Made by a program: the position numbers and the translations under genes | Notes under the pieces: generated by a model | Told to the model about the DNA's origin: nothing | The model's database searches: none | The model's input: the letters and a program-made list of their open reading frames with translations, nothing else | Part shown: positions 34,273 to 42,933 of the stretch, piece by piece | How the letters are laid out: each line of letters opens with the position of its first letter | Position numbering within the stretch: position 1 is the first letter of the stretch | Assembly: GCA_964605355.1 (NCBI GenBank) | Contig: CAZSCE010000001.1 | Coordinates: 103-64,102, forward strand | Length of the DNA: 64,000 bases | Source: an uncultured Candidatus Saccharibacteria bacterium | GTDB lineage: Bacteria > Patescibacteriota > Minisyncoccia > Phycocordibacterales > GWA1-40-21 | Reading direction: 5' to 3'

Positions 34273-35988
34273 TTATTTGAGATATTCCGGTTTATTGAGG
34301 GCAATATAATCCATCACTTGACGCATGACAGAGGTGGCACCCATGGTATTAGCCACCGGTCCTTTCTCCATAATAATTACAAAAGCATATTTAGGATTTT
34401 CATACGGAAAAAATCCGGACACCCAGGAATTTATAAACTGTTTATAAACTCCCAATTCAGCGGTACCCGTTTTAGCGGCCACGGAATATTTTGGGGAGTT
34501 TAGTCCCTTGACCACGCCGTAATCTTTTATCACGCCGTCCAGCATACCATCACGCACAATTTTTAAATAATCTTGATTTAAATTTAAATCCTGCACAGAG
34601 TCAGCGGATAATGGCTGATCTAGCAAAACCGTGGGTTCAATTAATTTACCACCATTAGCCAAGGCGGAAACAGCACGCAGGAGTTGAATGGGTGCCACTT
34701 GAAAACCATACTGACCAATAGAGGTGTGATAAGTGTTTCCCACGCGCCAATCCGGATCATCAGGAAAAGTGACCGCTTTCCAATCCGGAGTAGGTATTAC
34801 TCCCGCCGGTCCGGAAAAAAATGGTGAAGTCATAGGTTTTGAAAAACCAAACAGCTTCATATATTTATCAATATTTAAGATACCCAAACCTTTTTGATCT
34901 TCAAAACCACCGCCCACCTCATAAAAATAAACGTCAGAAGAAACCGCGAGGGCTTTTTTCATATCCACATAACCATGCGCCTTCCAGTCTTTAAAAATTG
35001 TTGGCTTGTCCGGATTATAAGGGTTTGGTAATGTCAGCGCCCCACTACTGAAAATATTAGTATAGGGATCAATTATATTTTCATTTTGCGCCGCGTAGGC
35101 CATATATGGCTTTATGGTGGATCCTGGTGTATATAAACCATCAATTATTCTATCCAAAAAAGGATTATTTTTATTACTCAGATAACTATTAATCATGGTT
35201 TTGTTTTGACCGTCAGTGAGAATTTGTGGGCTATATTCCGGATAACTGGTCAACGCTAATATCTGGCCATTAGTAATGTCCATAATCACCCCGGCGCCAC
35301 CGGAAAAGCCGGCATTAGTAGCCAGACTTTTTATCTCTTGGTACATTTTATTCTGAATTCCAGCCACCACAGAAAGCTTTAAGTCTTCACCGTCTACTGG
35401 TGTATGAATAATATTTTCAGATTGCGTTTCCCCCATAGCGTCCACTTCCACAATCCTCCTACCATTCTCACCGGACAAAATATCATTGTAATACTTTTCC
35501 ACTCCGTCTATACCACTAAAAACATCAGAATAATAAAAACCATATTTATCTTTTGATGGATATTTTAAATAACCAAGTAAATGAGCAAAACCATCCAAGG
35601 GAATATATTTACGAAGATCAAAGGCATTATCAATTGTATTTTCACTATTCCAAACCAGCTTTGTTCCCTCCCGGTCATATATCACGCCACGCTTGGCAAA
35701 AATAAGGGAGTTTCTCAGGCGGTTTTTTTCACTTTTAGCAAAATAACCATCACCATTACTAATTTGTAAATTACCAATTCTAAACATAAAAACAACAATG
35801 ATCACCGCCACCACACCAGCTAAAATAAAAATACTACGGCGAGAGATAGATTTCTCCAGCCGGCCTTCAAACTGATTAGTATCAAAGTTTGGTAAATTTT
35901 CCGAGTCAATAAAAATCTCATCCGGATCAATGGCTTTTTCTCGTCTGTCATATTTAATTCCCTGGCGCCTACGGCCAAATCTCATCAT
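34273..35988 (-). CDS. mrdA: penicillin-binding protein 2-type transpeptidase
   Basis: TM anchor and a transpeptidase domain with STIKP (SxxK) and KTGTAE. It is a second PBP, distinct from ftsI. Confidence 0.8.
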   Translation of the reverse strand: MMRFGRRRQGIKYDRREKAIDPDEIFIDSENLPNFDTNQFEGRLEKSISRRSIFILAGVVAVIIVVFMFRIGNLQISNGDGYFAKSEKNRLRNSLIFAKRGVIYDREGTKLVWNSENTIDNAFDLRKYIPLDGFAHLLGYLKYPSKDKYGFYYSDVFSGIDGVEKYYNDILSGENGRRIVEVDAMGETQSENIIHTPVDGEDLKLSVVAGIQNKMYQEIKSLATNAGFSGGAGVIMDITNGQILALTSYPEYSPQILTDGQNKTMINSYLSNKNNPFLDRIIDGLYTPGSTIKPYMAYAAQNENIIDPYTNIFSSGALTLPNPYNPDKPTIFKDWKAHGYVDMKKALAVSSDVYFYEVGGGFEDQKGLGILNIDKYMKLFGFSKPMTSPFFSGPAGVIPTPDWKAVTFPDDPDWRVGNTYHTSIGQYGFQVAPIQLLRAVSALANGGKLIEPTVLLDQPLSADSVQDLNLNQDYLKIVRDGMLDGVIKDYGVVKGLNSPKYSVAAKTGTAELGVYKQFINSWVSGFFPYENPKYAFVIIMEKGPVANTMGATSVMRQVMDYIALNKPEYLK

Positions 35989-36007
35989 AGGAAGATTCTA
36001 ACATTCA

Positions 36008-38017
36008 CTAGGATTTTTTACTAATCAATTTATTTAGTTCTATGAGTTCATCACGGAGGATGGCGGCGGTTTCAAAATCTAGTATTTTTACAGCAGCATT
36101 CAGCTGAATTTCTTTTTGCTTAATAAGTTTTTTAGGATTTTTTAGTACTCCCGGCTGATCAATTCGTAATAATTCCTTGACCGCTTTATCATGTGGGGAC
36201 TTCAGATTCTCCATAATATCATTTATCTTTTTAATAATAGTTTTTGGAGTAATACCGTGTCTGGTATTATAAGCCACCTGGATAGCGCGCCTTCTGTTTG
36301 TCTCATCCATAGCCCGCTTTATAGAACCGGTAATATTATCGGCGTACAAAACCACTTTGCCTTTTACATTTCTGGCGGCCCGGCCAATAATTTGAATCAG
36401 GGAGGTATCACTACGCAAGAAACCTTCTTTATCTGCATCTAAAATACCAATAAATTCTACTTCGGGTAAATCCAAACCTTCACGCAAAAGGTTTACTCCC
36501 ACAATACAATCAAACTTCCCTTTTCGAAAGTCTGTCAAAATACCAATCCGGTCAATTGTTTTTATATCACTGTGTAAATATTCTGCTTTCACACCTTTCG
36601 CTTTCAAATATTCACTGAGATCCTCAGCCATTTTTTTGGTCAAAGTAGTGGCTATCACGCGCCCGCCACCTTTAATCACGGTCTCTGTCTCCGCAATAAA
36701 ATCATAAACCTGGCCTTTATACTTGCCCTTTTCAATTATGCCACGGATTTCCACCTCCGGATCAATAAGACCGGTGGGCCTAATGACTTGCTGTACCACC
36801 TGTTTACTTTTTTCTAATTCATAAGTGCTTGGGGTGGCAGAAGTATAAATTACTTGACCAACTCTCTCCACAAATTCTGGGAATTTTAACGGGCGGTTAT
36901 CACTGGCTGATGGTAAACGAAAACCATGATCAATTAAATTTTTCTTACGGGAAGCATCCCCCGCATACATACCATTTAGTTGTGGCACGGTCACATGTGA
37001 CTCATCAATAATAGTTAAAAAATCTTCAGGAAAATAGGCCAGCAAAGAATCCGGCGGTTCACCCGGCATTTTACCAGAAAAGTGCCTAGAATAATTCTCA
37101 ATACCGTTACAATAACCTACCTCTTTAATTAAAGATAAATCATAACTGGTTCGGCGTTTTAGGCGCTCCGCTTCCAAAATTTTCCCCTCTCTAGTTAATT
37201 TCTTTAACTGACCATCAAGCTCGGCTTTGATACTTGAAATGGCGCGCTTTTTCTCATTTTCGTTGGTAATAAAGTGTTTGGCGGGAAATAAAAAGAAAGT
37301 TTTCTCCTCACTCACTATCCGCCTGGTGATGCCATCAATTTTATAAATAGTTTTAATTTCATCCTCTTGAAAGTCAATTCGGTAAATTAATTTTTCATTC
37401 ACCGGCATAATTTCCAGGGCGTTACCCACGGCGCGGAATTCTCCTGGTTTTAAATCCGTATTATTTCTTTCAAAATGAATATTGATAAATTTACGGATCA
37501 TCTCGGCGCGGGAAATTTGCATCCCCACAGAGATTTTTAAATTTACTTTTTCATATTCGGCCGGAGAACCCAAACCATAAATACAAGAAACTGAAGCCAC
37601 AATAATCACATCTTTCCTAGACAAAAGGGCCTGGGTGCTGGCGTGGCGCAGACGGTCAATCTCTTCGTTGATCATGGCTTCCTTTTCAATATAAGTATCC
37701 GTCACAGGAATATACGCCTCAGGCTGATAATAGTCATAATAAGAAACAAAATAATGAACAGCGTTATGCGGAAAAAATTCCTTATATTCTTGAGCTAATT
37801 GTGCCGCCAGGGTTTTATTATGAGCAATCACCAGGGTAGGCCGTTGAACTTGCTGTATCACATTGGCCACCGTAAAAGTTTTCCCGGATCCGGTTACGCC
37901 TAAAAGAGTCTGATCTTTCAAACCTTTTTTCACCCCTTTTACCAGCTTCTCAATAGCCTCTGGCTGGTCTCCCGCGGGCTTATATTCAGCCTTAATTTTA
38001 AATAAATTCTGTTGCAT
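36008..38017 (-). CDS. uvrB: excinuclease ABC subunit B
   Basis: FKIKAEYKPAGDQPEAIEKLVKGVKKGLKDQTLLGVTGSGKTFTVANVI is the UvrB N-terminus. Helicase motifs and the C-terminal UvrB/UvrC interaction domain are present. The start is set at the internal Met (MQQNLFK). Confidence 0.95.
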   Translation of the reverse strand: MQQNLFKIKAEYKPAGDQPEAIEKLVKGVKKGLKDQTLLGVTGSGKTFTVANVIQQVQRPTLVIAHNKTLAAQLAQEYKEFFPHNAVHYFVSYYDYYQPEAYIPVTDTYIEKEAMINEEIDRLRHASTQALLSRKDVIIVASVSCIYGLGSPAEYEKVNLKISVGMQISRAEMIRKFINIHFERNNTDLKPGEFRAVGNALEIMPVNEKLIYRIDFQEDEIKTIYKIDGITRRIVSEEKTFFLFPAKHFITNENEKKRAISSIKAELDGQLKKLTREGKILEAERLKRRTSYDLSLIKEVGYCNGIENYSRHFSGKMPGEPPDSLLAYFPEDFLTIIDESHVTVPQLNGMYAGDASRKKNLIDHGFRLPSASDNRPLKFPEFVERVGQVIYTSATPSTYELEKSKQVVQQVIRPTGLIDPEVEIRGIIEKGKYKGQVYDFIAETETVIKGGGRVIATTLTKKMAEDLSEYLKAKGVKAEYLHSDIKTIDRIGILTDFRKGKFDCIVGVNLLREGLDLPEVEFIGILDADKEGFLRSDTSLIQIIGRAARNVKGKVVLYADNITGSIKRAMDETNRRRAIQVAYNTRHGITPKTIIKKINDIMENLKSPHDKAVKELLRIDQPGVLKNPKKLIKQKEIQLNAAVKILDFETAAILRDELIELNKLISKKS

Positions 38018-38101
38018 TTGATTTGTGATTATGATACATTTTGAGAGGAAAAGCAAGAAAGGTTCGTGGCTAAATAAACAACAACATGTGGGGGTTTTAC
38101 A

Positions 38102-38368
38102 ATGCTGCCAATGAATAGACTGGGAGAAATTGCACTGAGAGAACTAAAGATCCAGGCTGCCGATAGTCTCATGGAAGAGCCTCTAACGCCCGAAGTAGCA
38201 GAAAGGGCGGTCCAGGAAATTATAGACGGGAGCCACACCTGGATAACTCGAGGAGTGATGAACTGGGAAGAAGCTCTTGATTTTGCTCTTTATCTCATGC
38301 CAGATGAGGATAGCCGGCTTATGCTATGTCAAGCTATCACAAAAATAACGGGTATAGCCGTCAAATAA
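38102..38368 (+). CDS. hypothetical small acidic protein on a G+C-elevated segment
   Basis: ORF only. Composition is visibly G+C-richer than neighbouring genes. A strong terminator follows. Confidence 0.35.
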   Translation: MLPMNRLGEIALRELKIQAADSLMEEPLTPEVAERAVQEIIDGSHTWITRGVMNWEEALDFALYLMPDEDSRLMLCQAITKITGIAVK

Positions 38369-38387
38369 GGAGAGATCGAAACATTGA

Positions 38388-38419
38388 GCGACCGTGAATG
38401 CCACACGGTCGCTTTTTTT
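38388..38419 (+). terminator. intrinsic terminator GCGACCGTG-loop-CACGGTCGC-TTTTTTT
   Basis: Perfect 9-bp stem and a 7-T run. Confidence 0.75.
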
Positions 38420-38522
38420 ATTCAAAATAAATACAACCCCCTTAATCCCCCTTGTCAGGGGGAGATCAGAAACTCCAGCTTTTCCCCTCCCCTGACAAGG
38501 GGAGGGTTAGGGAGGGGTTTTC

Positions 38523-39740
38523 TCATCTCTTATATTTTTCTAAAAATTCTTCCTTATATTCTTCAAATTTATTATCTAAAATAGATTGGCGGATCTGAGC
38601 AACCAGGCCCACCAAAAAATGAATGTTGTGGATGGAGGCGAGCGTACCCGCGAGCATTTCTTTACCATGAAATAAATGGCAAATGTAGGAGCGAGAATAA
38701 TGCTGACAAGTATAACAGGTACAGTCACTTTCTACCGGGCTGACGTCATCTCTAAATTTAGTATTTTCAATATGGATTTTTCCAGACTTGGTATACAGCG
38801 TGCCATTTCTCCCCAGGCGTGTAGGCAAAACACAATCAAATAAATCCACCCCGCTTTCCACCCCCATAAATAAATCCTCTGGCTCCCCTATACCTAACAA
38901 ATGCCGGGGCTTTTCTTCAGGTAATATTTCATTTACCCACCTTACCGCGGTCTGCATATCTTCTTTGGCAAAAGAACCGCCAATACCATAACCGTCAAAA
39001 GTTTTTCCCTCCACCTCTAATTCCGAAATAATTTTGGCTGATTTTTTTCTCAGTCCTTCATCCCGCCCACCTTGTACAATACCAAATAAAGAAACTTTAT
39101 CTTCTGTATTTAGTTTTAAATGCTCTTCAAGCGAGCGTTTGGCCCACGCGTGCGTGCGGTCCAGGGCCTCACCTTGATATTTCAAATCTTCAGTGGGAGC
39201 GGTGCATTCATCAAAAGCAAAAATAATATCCGCGCCTAAATTGTGCTGAATCTGAATTGATTTCTCCGGCGTAATATAATGAACAGAGCCATCCAAATGT
39301 GAAGTAAAAGAAACTCCGTCTTGACCTATTTTTACTAATTTTGGCGCCAAGGAATCATCAAACCGTTCCGGGATTAACAAATTTGGGTCTGTCACCTGGA
39401 GCACTTTGGAAATTCCCTTACCATAAGCGGCCCCCAGGGAAAATACCTGGAATCCCCCAGAGTCCGTCATTGTAGGCCCGGTCCAATTCATCATTTTACC
39501 CAGTCCCCCATTTTTCTTTACTATTTCATCCCCGGGTTGTAAATATAAATGATAAGTATTAGCCAAAACTACCTGCGCCCCGGCTTCTTTCACTTGATCA
39601 GTATTCACAGACTTTACCGTGGCCTTGGTTCCCACCACCACAAAAGCCGGGGTTTCTACCACCCCATGCGCGGTGGTAATTTTCCCCACGCGCCCCATTT
39701 TCCCCTCTAGCTTTTTTTCTATCTTAAAGTCTAATGACAT
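38523..39740 (-). CDS. tgt: queuine tRNA-ribosyltransferase
   Basis: VVETPAFVVVGTKATVKSV...LANTYHLYLQPG...TDSGGFQV and the zinc site CTCYTCQHYSRSYICHL. Confidence 0.9.
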   Translation of the reverse strand: MSLDFKIEKKLEGKMGRVGKITTAHGVVETPAFVVVGTKATVKSVNTDQVKEAGAQVVLANTYHLYLQPGDEIVKKNGGLGKMMNWTGPTMTDSGGFQVFSLGAAYGKGISKVLQVTDPNLLIPERFDDSLAPKLVKIGQDGVSFTSHLDGSVHYITPEKSIQIQHNLGADIIFAFDECTAPTEDLKYQGEALDRTHAWAKRSLEEHLKLNTEDKVSLFGIVQGGRDEGLRKKSAKIISELEVEGKTFDGYGIGGSFAKEDMQTAVRWVNEILPEEKPRHLLGIGEPEDLFMGVESGVDLFDCVLPTRLGRNGTLYTKSGKIHIENTKFRDDVSPVESDCTCYTCQHYSRSYICHLFHGKEMLAGTLASIHNIHFLVGLVAQIRQSILDNKFEEYKEEFLEKYKR

Positions 39741-39782
39741 TAGATTTACTATATTACATTATTTTATGATATAATCCACTCC

Positions 39783-40499
39783 ATGAATATATTAAATTTG
39801 TTTAAAAAAATAAAAACAGAGATGAAAGTTCCCCGTGGTGAAAAATTTACCATTAAATCTCTAGACGCTATTGCCCAAAACCGCACGGAAACTACCGGCT
39901 GGGAATTTCAAAGCGGTTATGAGATGGTGAAGAAATACCCCAAATCTGTCAGTATTCTTGGCTCCGCTATTTTAACTCCGGATAATGAGTGGTATAAAAG
40001 GGCAGAAATATTGGCTGGGCGCATTGCCCATGAGCTTAAATATGCCGTGGTGACCGGTGGCGGCCCTGGTATTATGGAGGCAGCAAATAAAGGCGCTTAT
40101 GAGGCTGGTGGAGATTCTATTGGTTACGCTATCAAATTACCCAATGAACAATATGTAAACAAATATTTAACAGATTCTGTAACTTTTGAATATTTTTTCA
40201 CCAGAAAAACCATGATTTTCTGTTCCGCTGAAGCTTATATTTATTATCCGGGGGGTTTTGGGACAATGGATGAATTGTTTGAAATATTAACCCTGATTAA
40301 AACAGGGAAAATGCCTCAAGCACCAGTTATATTGGTGGGTAGAGATTTCTGGCAGCCACTTTTAAATTTCATTGAAAATGAACTATATGAAGATTACCGC
40401 GTTATTCCAAAAGATTTCATGGAGATATATAAAATTGTGGACTCTGATGACGAAATACTAAAAATCATCAAAAACGCTCCTTTAAGAACTGACTATTAA
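39783..40499 (+). CDS. LOG-family protein (cytokinin riboside 5'-monophosphate phosphoribohydrolase-like, TIGR00730)
   Basis: VVTGGGPGIMEAANKGA...PGGFGTMDELFEILTLIKTGK are the LOG signature PGGxGTxxE and GGGxG. Confidence 0.85.
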   Translation: MNILNLFKKIKTEMKVPRGEKFTIKSLDAIAQNRTETTGWEFQSGYEMVKKYPKSVSILGSAILTPDNEWYKRAEILAGRIAHELKYAVVTGGGPGIMEAANKGAYEAGGDSIGYAIKLPNEQYVNKYLTDSVTFEYFFTRKTMIFCSAEAYIYYPGGFGTMDELFEILTLIKTGKMPQAPVILVGRDFWQPLLNFIENELYEDYRVIPKDFMEIYKIVDSDDEILKIIKNAPLRTDY

Positions 40500-40517
40500 T
40501 ACTACTGTTAGGAAATT

Positions 40518-40961
40518 CTAAATTGAAGAACCTGAATAAGGTAAGGGCAAAAGCTCTTTTAGGCTGGTTTTTATAATATTATCCTTAGCGCTATTTGAAC
40601 AAATTATTTCTATATTTCCCCCATTCATCGTTAAATACTCCTCCATGAACTGTCGGCAAACCCCACAAGGCATCACCGGGTTCTCCACTACGCCATCACT
40701 ATCAGTACCAATCAGGGCCAGGCTGGTTACTTCCCTTAAACCCTGAGTATTAGCATTAGCAAAAGCAATCCTTTCTGCGCATAGATTCACAGTAGAGGAA
40801 GCGTTAGCCATACTGGAGCCCAAAATTATTTCCCCACTTTTAATCCTAACTGCCGCGCCAACTTTATTTTGATTATTATAGGGGTTATAGGCATTTACCA
40901 AGGCCTTTTCTGCCTCTAATAATAGCTCCTGTTCTTCTTTATTTAAATCTGTAAATTTCAT
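40518..40961 (-). CDS. cdd: cytidine deaminase
   Basis: The zinc ligand motifs CAERIAFANA and PCGVCRQFMEE (CAE and PCxxCRQ). 147 aa. Confidence 0.85.
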   Translation of the reverse strand: MKFTDLNKEEQELLLEAEKALVNAYNPYNNQNKVGAAVRIKSGEIILGSSMANASSTVNLCAERIAFANANTQGLREVTSLALIGTDSDGVVENPVMPCGVCRQFMEEYLTMNGGNIEIICSNSAKDNIIKTSLKELLPLPYSGSSI

Positions 40962-41491
40962 ATTGTTATTTGATTATATATTAAAAAATACTTTACTCCA
41001 TACAGTATAGCAATTAATACAGCTAAAGTGCAAAACTGCAGGAATACCCCGGCTAATTGATTTAGTTTAAAGATAACTTTTGAGTGTATTAAACCTGCAT
41101 GAAAATCAAAAAAATGACCGAGCGGTTTATGTTTCAAAGTAAAATAAAGAAAAGTCAGACCGTCCGGAATCAGTGCCGCAAAAGCGCCCAGAAAAAAAAT
41201 CAAAGGATGAACCGGATTAAAGAAAAACATAAAAGCTAGAATAAAACCCAAAAAAGCATCAAAAGAAACCAAGATAATATCCCTGATTAAGCTAAATTTT
41301 TTCTGAATTATATCTATTACTTTATCTTTTGTATTACTACTAAAATCTACAGAGATTAATTCATAATCTTTATGAGGAATGGAGTCCAAAGCAAAATGGC
41401 TGGCAAAACCCAGGGCAAAGCCAGCCACGGGATGGTTTGGCATCAGGGAGGCCACCGCGGCACCAAAAACGGCATGAACGGATAAAATCAT
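40958..41491 (-). CDS. polytopic membrane protein, possibly DUF457/YdjM-like metal-dependent membrane hydrolase
   Basis: His-rich TM helices (HAVFGAAVAS...HFALDSIPH). Weak resemblance only. Confidence 0.3.
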   Translation of the reverse strand: MILSVHAVFGAAVASLMPNHPVAGFALGFASHFALDSIPHKDYELISVDFSSNTKDKVIDIIQKKFSLIRDIILVSFDAFLGFILAFMFFFNPVHPLIFFLGAFAALIPDGLTFLYFTLKHKPLGHFFDFHAGLIHSKVIFKLNQLAGVFLQFCTLAVLIAILYGVKYFLIYNQITI

Positions 41492-41497
41492 ATTTTG

Positions 41498-42496
41498 TTA
41501 ATTAGCTATACAGACATTATATCCGGCCACCTGCGCATTATAAATATCAATCAAGCTTTTAAGAGCCGCTACCGCGTCATTTACCCTTCTGGCTAATAAA
41601 TTATATTCGGCCACTTTCTGTCTATATATTGCCACATCAAAACCAGAGGTACTAGTTATAATAGCCAAATTATCTGACAATATTTTGGCATCGGCCTGCA
41701 TTTGTTTTATGGCGGTTGATGAGGAATCAATTAAATTTTTTGTTCCTGTATTAGGTCCAGCGCAATTTGCTAATGGGCGCCCAAAAACCTGTACAGCGAT
41801 AGTGGTTTCCTCTCCTTTATATATTCCCTGCCTCACTGCCACTCCTAACTCAGTATATTTTCCATTTAGGATATTAGCCCGGTGACCAGCGCTATTCATC
41901 CAGGCTGTCACAATAGCCTGATCATTATCATAATTACCCAACGCTAAATTTTCACCAATTAAAAGATAACTATATCCATCTATTTTTGCTAATTCAGAAA
42001 CAGATTTACCGTCCGGTGACTCGTGCTCAAAATACTGATTGGTAAACAAATCATCAACTCGGCCCAAAGCAACAATATCTAATATATGATTAGCAGATAG
42101 TGGTGGTAATGATTTAGCCGCCCTCTCCTGGTTAGTATAAAATAATATTTCAGAATAATTATTATCCCAAACAGGTTCTGTCACAGAAAAATCTGAAGCA
42201 GAAGTATTTGTGAATATTATAGGGCGAGGTAAATCAGGTACTGGAGCTTGATTAACAGAAACAGAGACAGTAGGTGGAGTTACAACATTTGCGGGCTTAT
42301 TAACTAATAACTGTAAATTAAGTAAAAAGGAAATAAAATCGGAAACGCTAACGGTAATAGCGTTACCGGCCTGCTGAATCATATTTATAGGGCTAAAACC
42401 AATGGCCGTAGCTGGAGTAGCCATAAATAAATAACCGGCCATAATAATCACCATCAAACAAACCAGGCTAATTTTCATATACTTACCGCCTATCAT
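41498..42496 (-). CDS. secreted or membrane-anchored CAP/SCP-domain protein (PR-1-like)
   Basis: An N-terminal signal/TM segment and a C-terminal CAP domain (NQERAAKSLPPLS...GENLALG...WMNSAGHRANILNGKYTELGVAV). Confidence 0.7.
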   Translation of the reverse strand: MIGGKYMKISLVCLMVIIMAGYLFMATPATAIGFSPINMIQQAGNAITVSVSDFISFLLNLQLLVNKPANVVTPPTVSVSVNQAPVPDLPRPIIFTNTSASDFSVTEPVWDNNYSEILFYTNQERAAKSLPPLSANHILDIVALGRVDDLFTNQYFEHESPDGKSVSELAKIDGYSYLLIGENLALGNYDNDQAIVTAWMNSAGHRANILNGKYTELGVAVRQGIYKGEETTIAVQVFGRPLANCAGPNTGTKNLIDSSSTAIKQMQADAKILSDNLAIITSTSGFDVAIYRQKVAEYNLLARRVNDAVAALKSLIDIYNAQVAGYNVCIAN

Positions 42497-42539
42497 GTTT
42501 ATAATTCTACCATATTTTTAATATTTATTGTATAATTGA

Positions 42540-42932
42540 ATGATGAAAATCATCTTCACCGTTTTGGGGTATTTAAAGTGGCATTATGGCAAGGCCATAT
42601 ATTCACTTGGTAAAATTTGGAAAAACTTTTTAAATTTTCTATTTGACCTTTTCTCCATTAATTTATTATTTAAAAACTTCTTTGACCCCTGGAAAAGAAT
42701 GGATGATACATACCCAAAAAGCTTTAATATCAAGGAATACTTTTATGCCTTCTTAACAAACTCTATCGTAAGAATTGTAGGCATGCTAACAAGAACATTT
42801 TTTATTATTATTGGCTTACTGTCTTTAACTATCCTTACCCTACTATATCCGGTAATAATAATCATCTGGCTTTTGCTGCCTTTTATAATTCTAGCACTTA
42901 TGGGTATAGGCCTGCTATTAATATTAAAATAA
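42540..42932 (+). CDS. membrane protein (hypothetical) immediately upstream of the Clp-like gene
   Basis: 130 aa with 2-3 TM helices. Its stop is adjacent to the next start (42934). Confidence 0.4.
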   Translation: MMKIIFTVLGYLKWHYGKAIYSLGKIWKNFLNFLFDLFSINLLFKNFFDPWKRMDDTYPKSFNIKEYFYAFLTNSIVRIVGMLTRTFFIIIGLLSLTILTLLYPVIIIIWLLLPFIILALMGIGLLLILK

Positions 42933-42933
42933 G

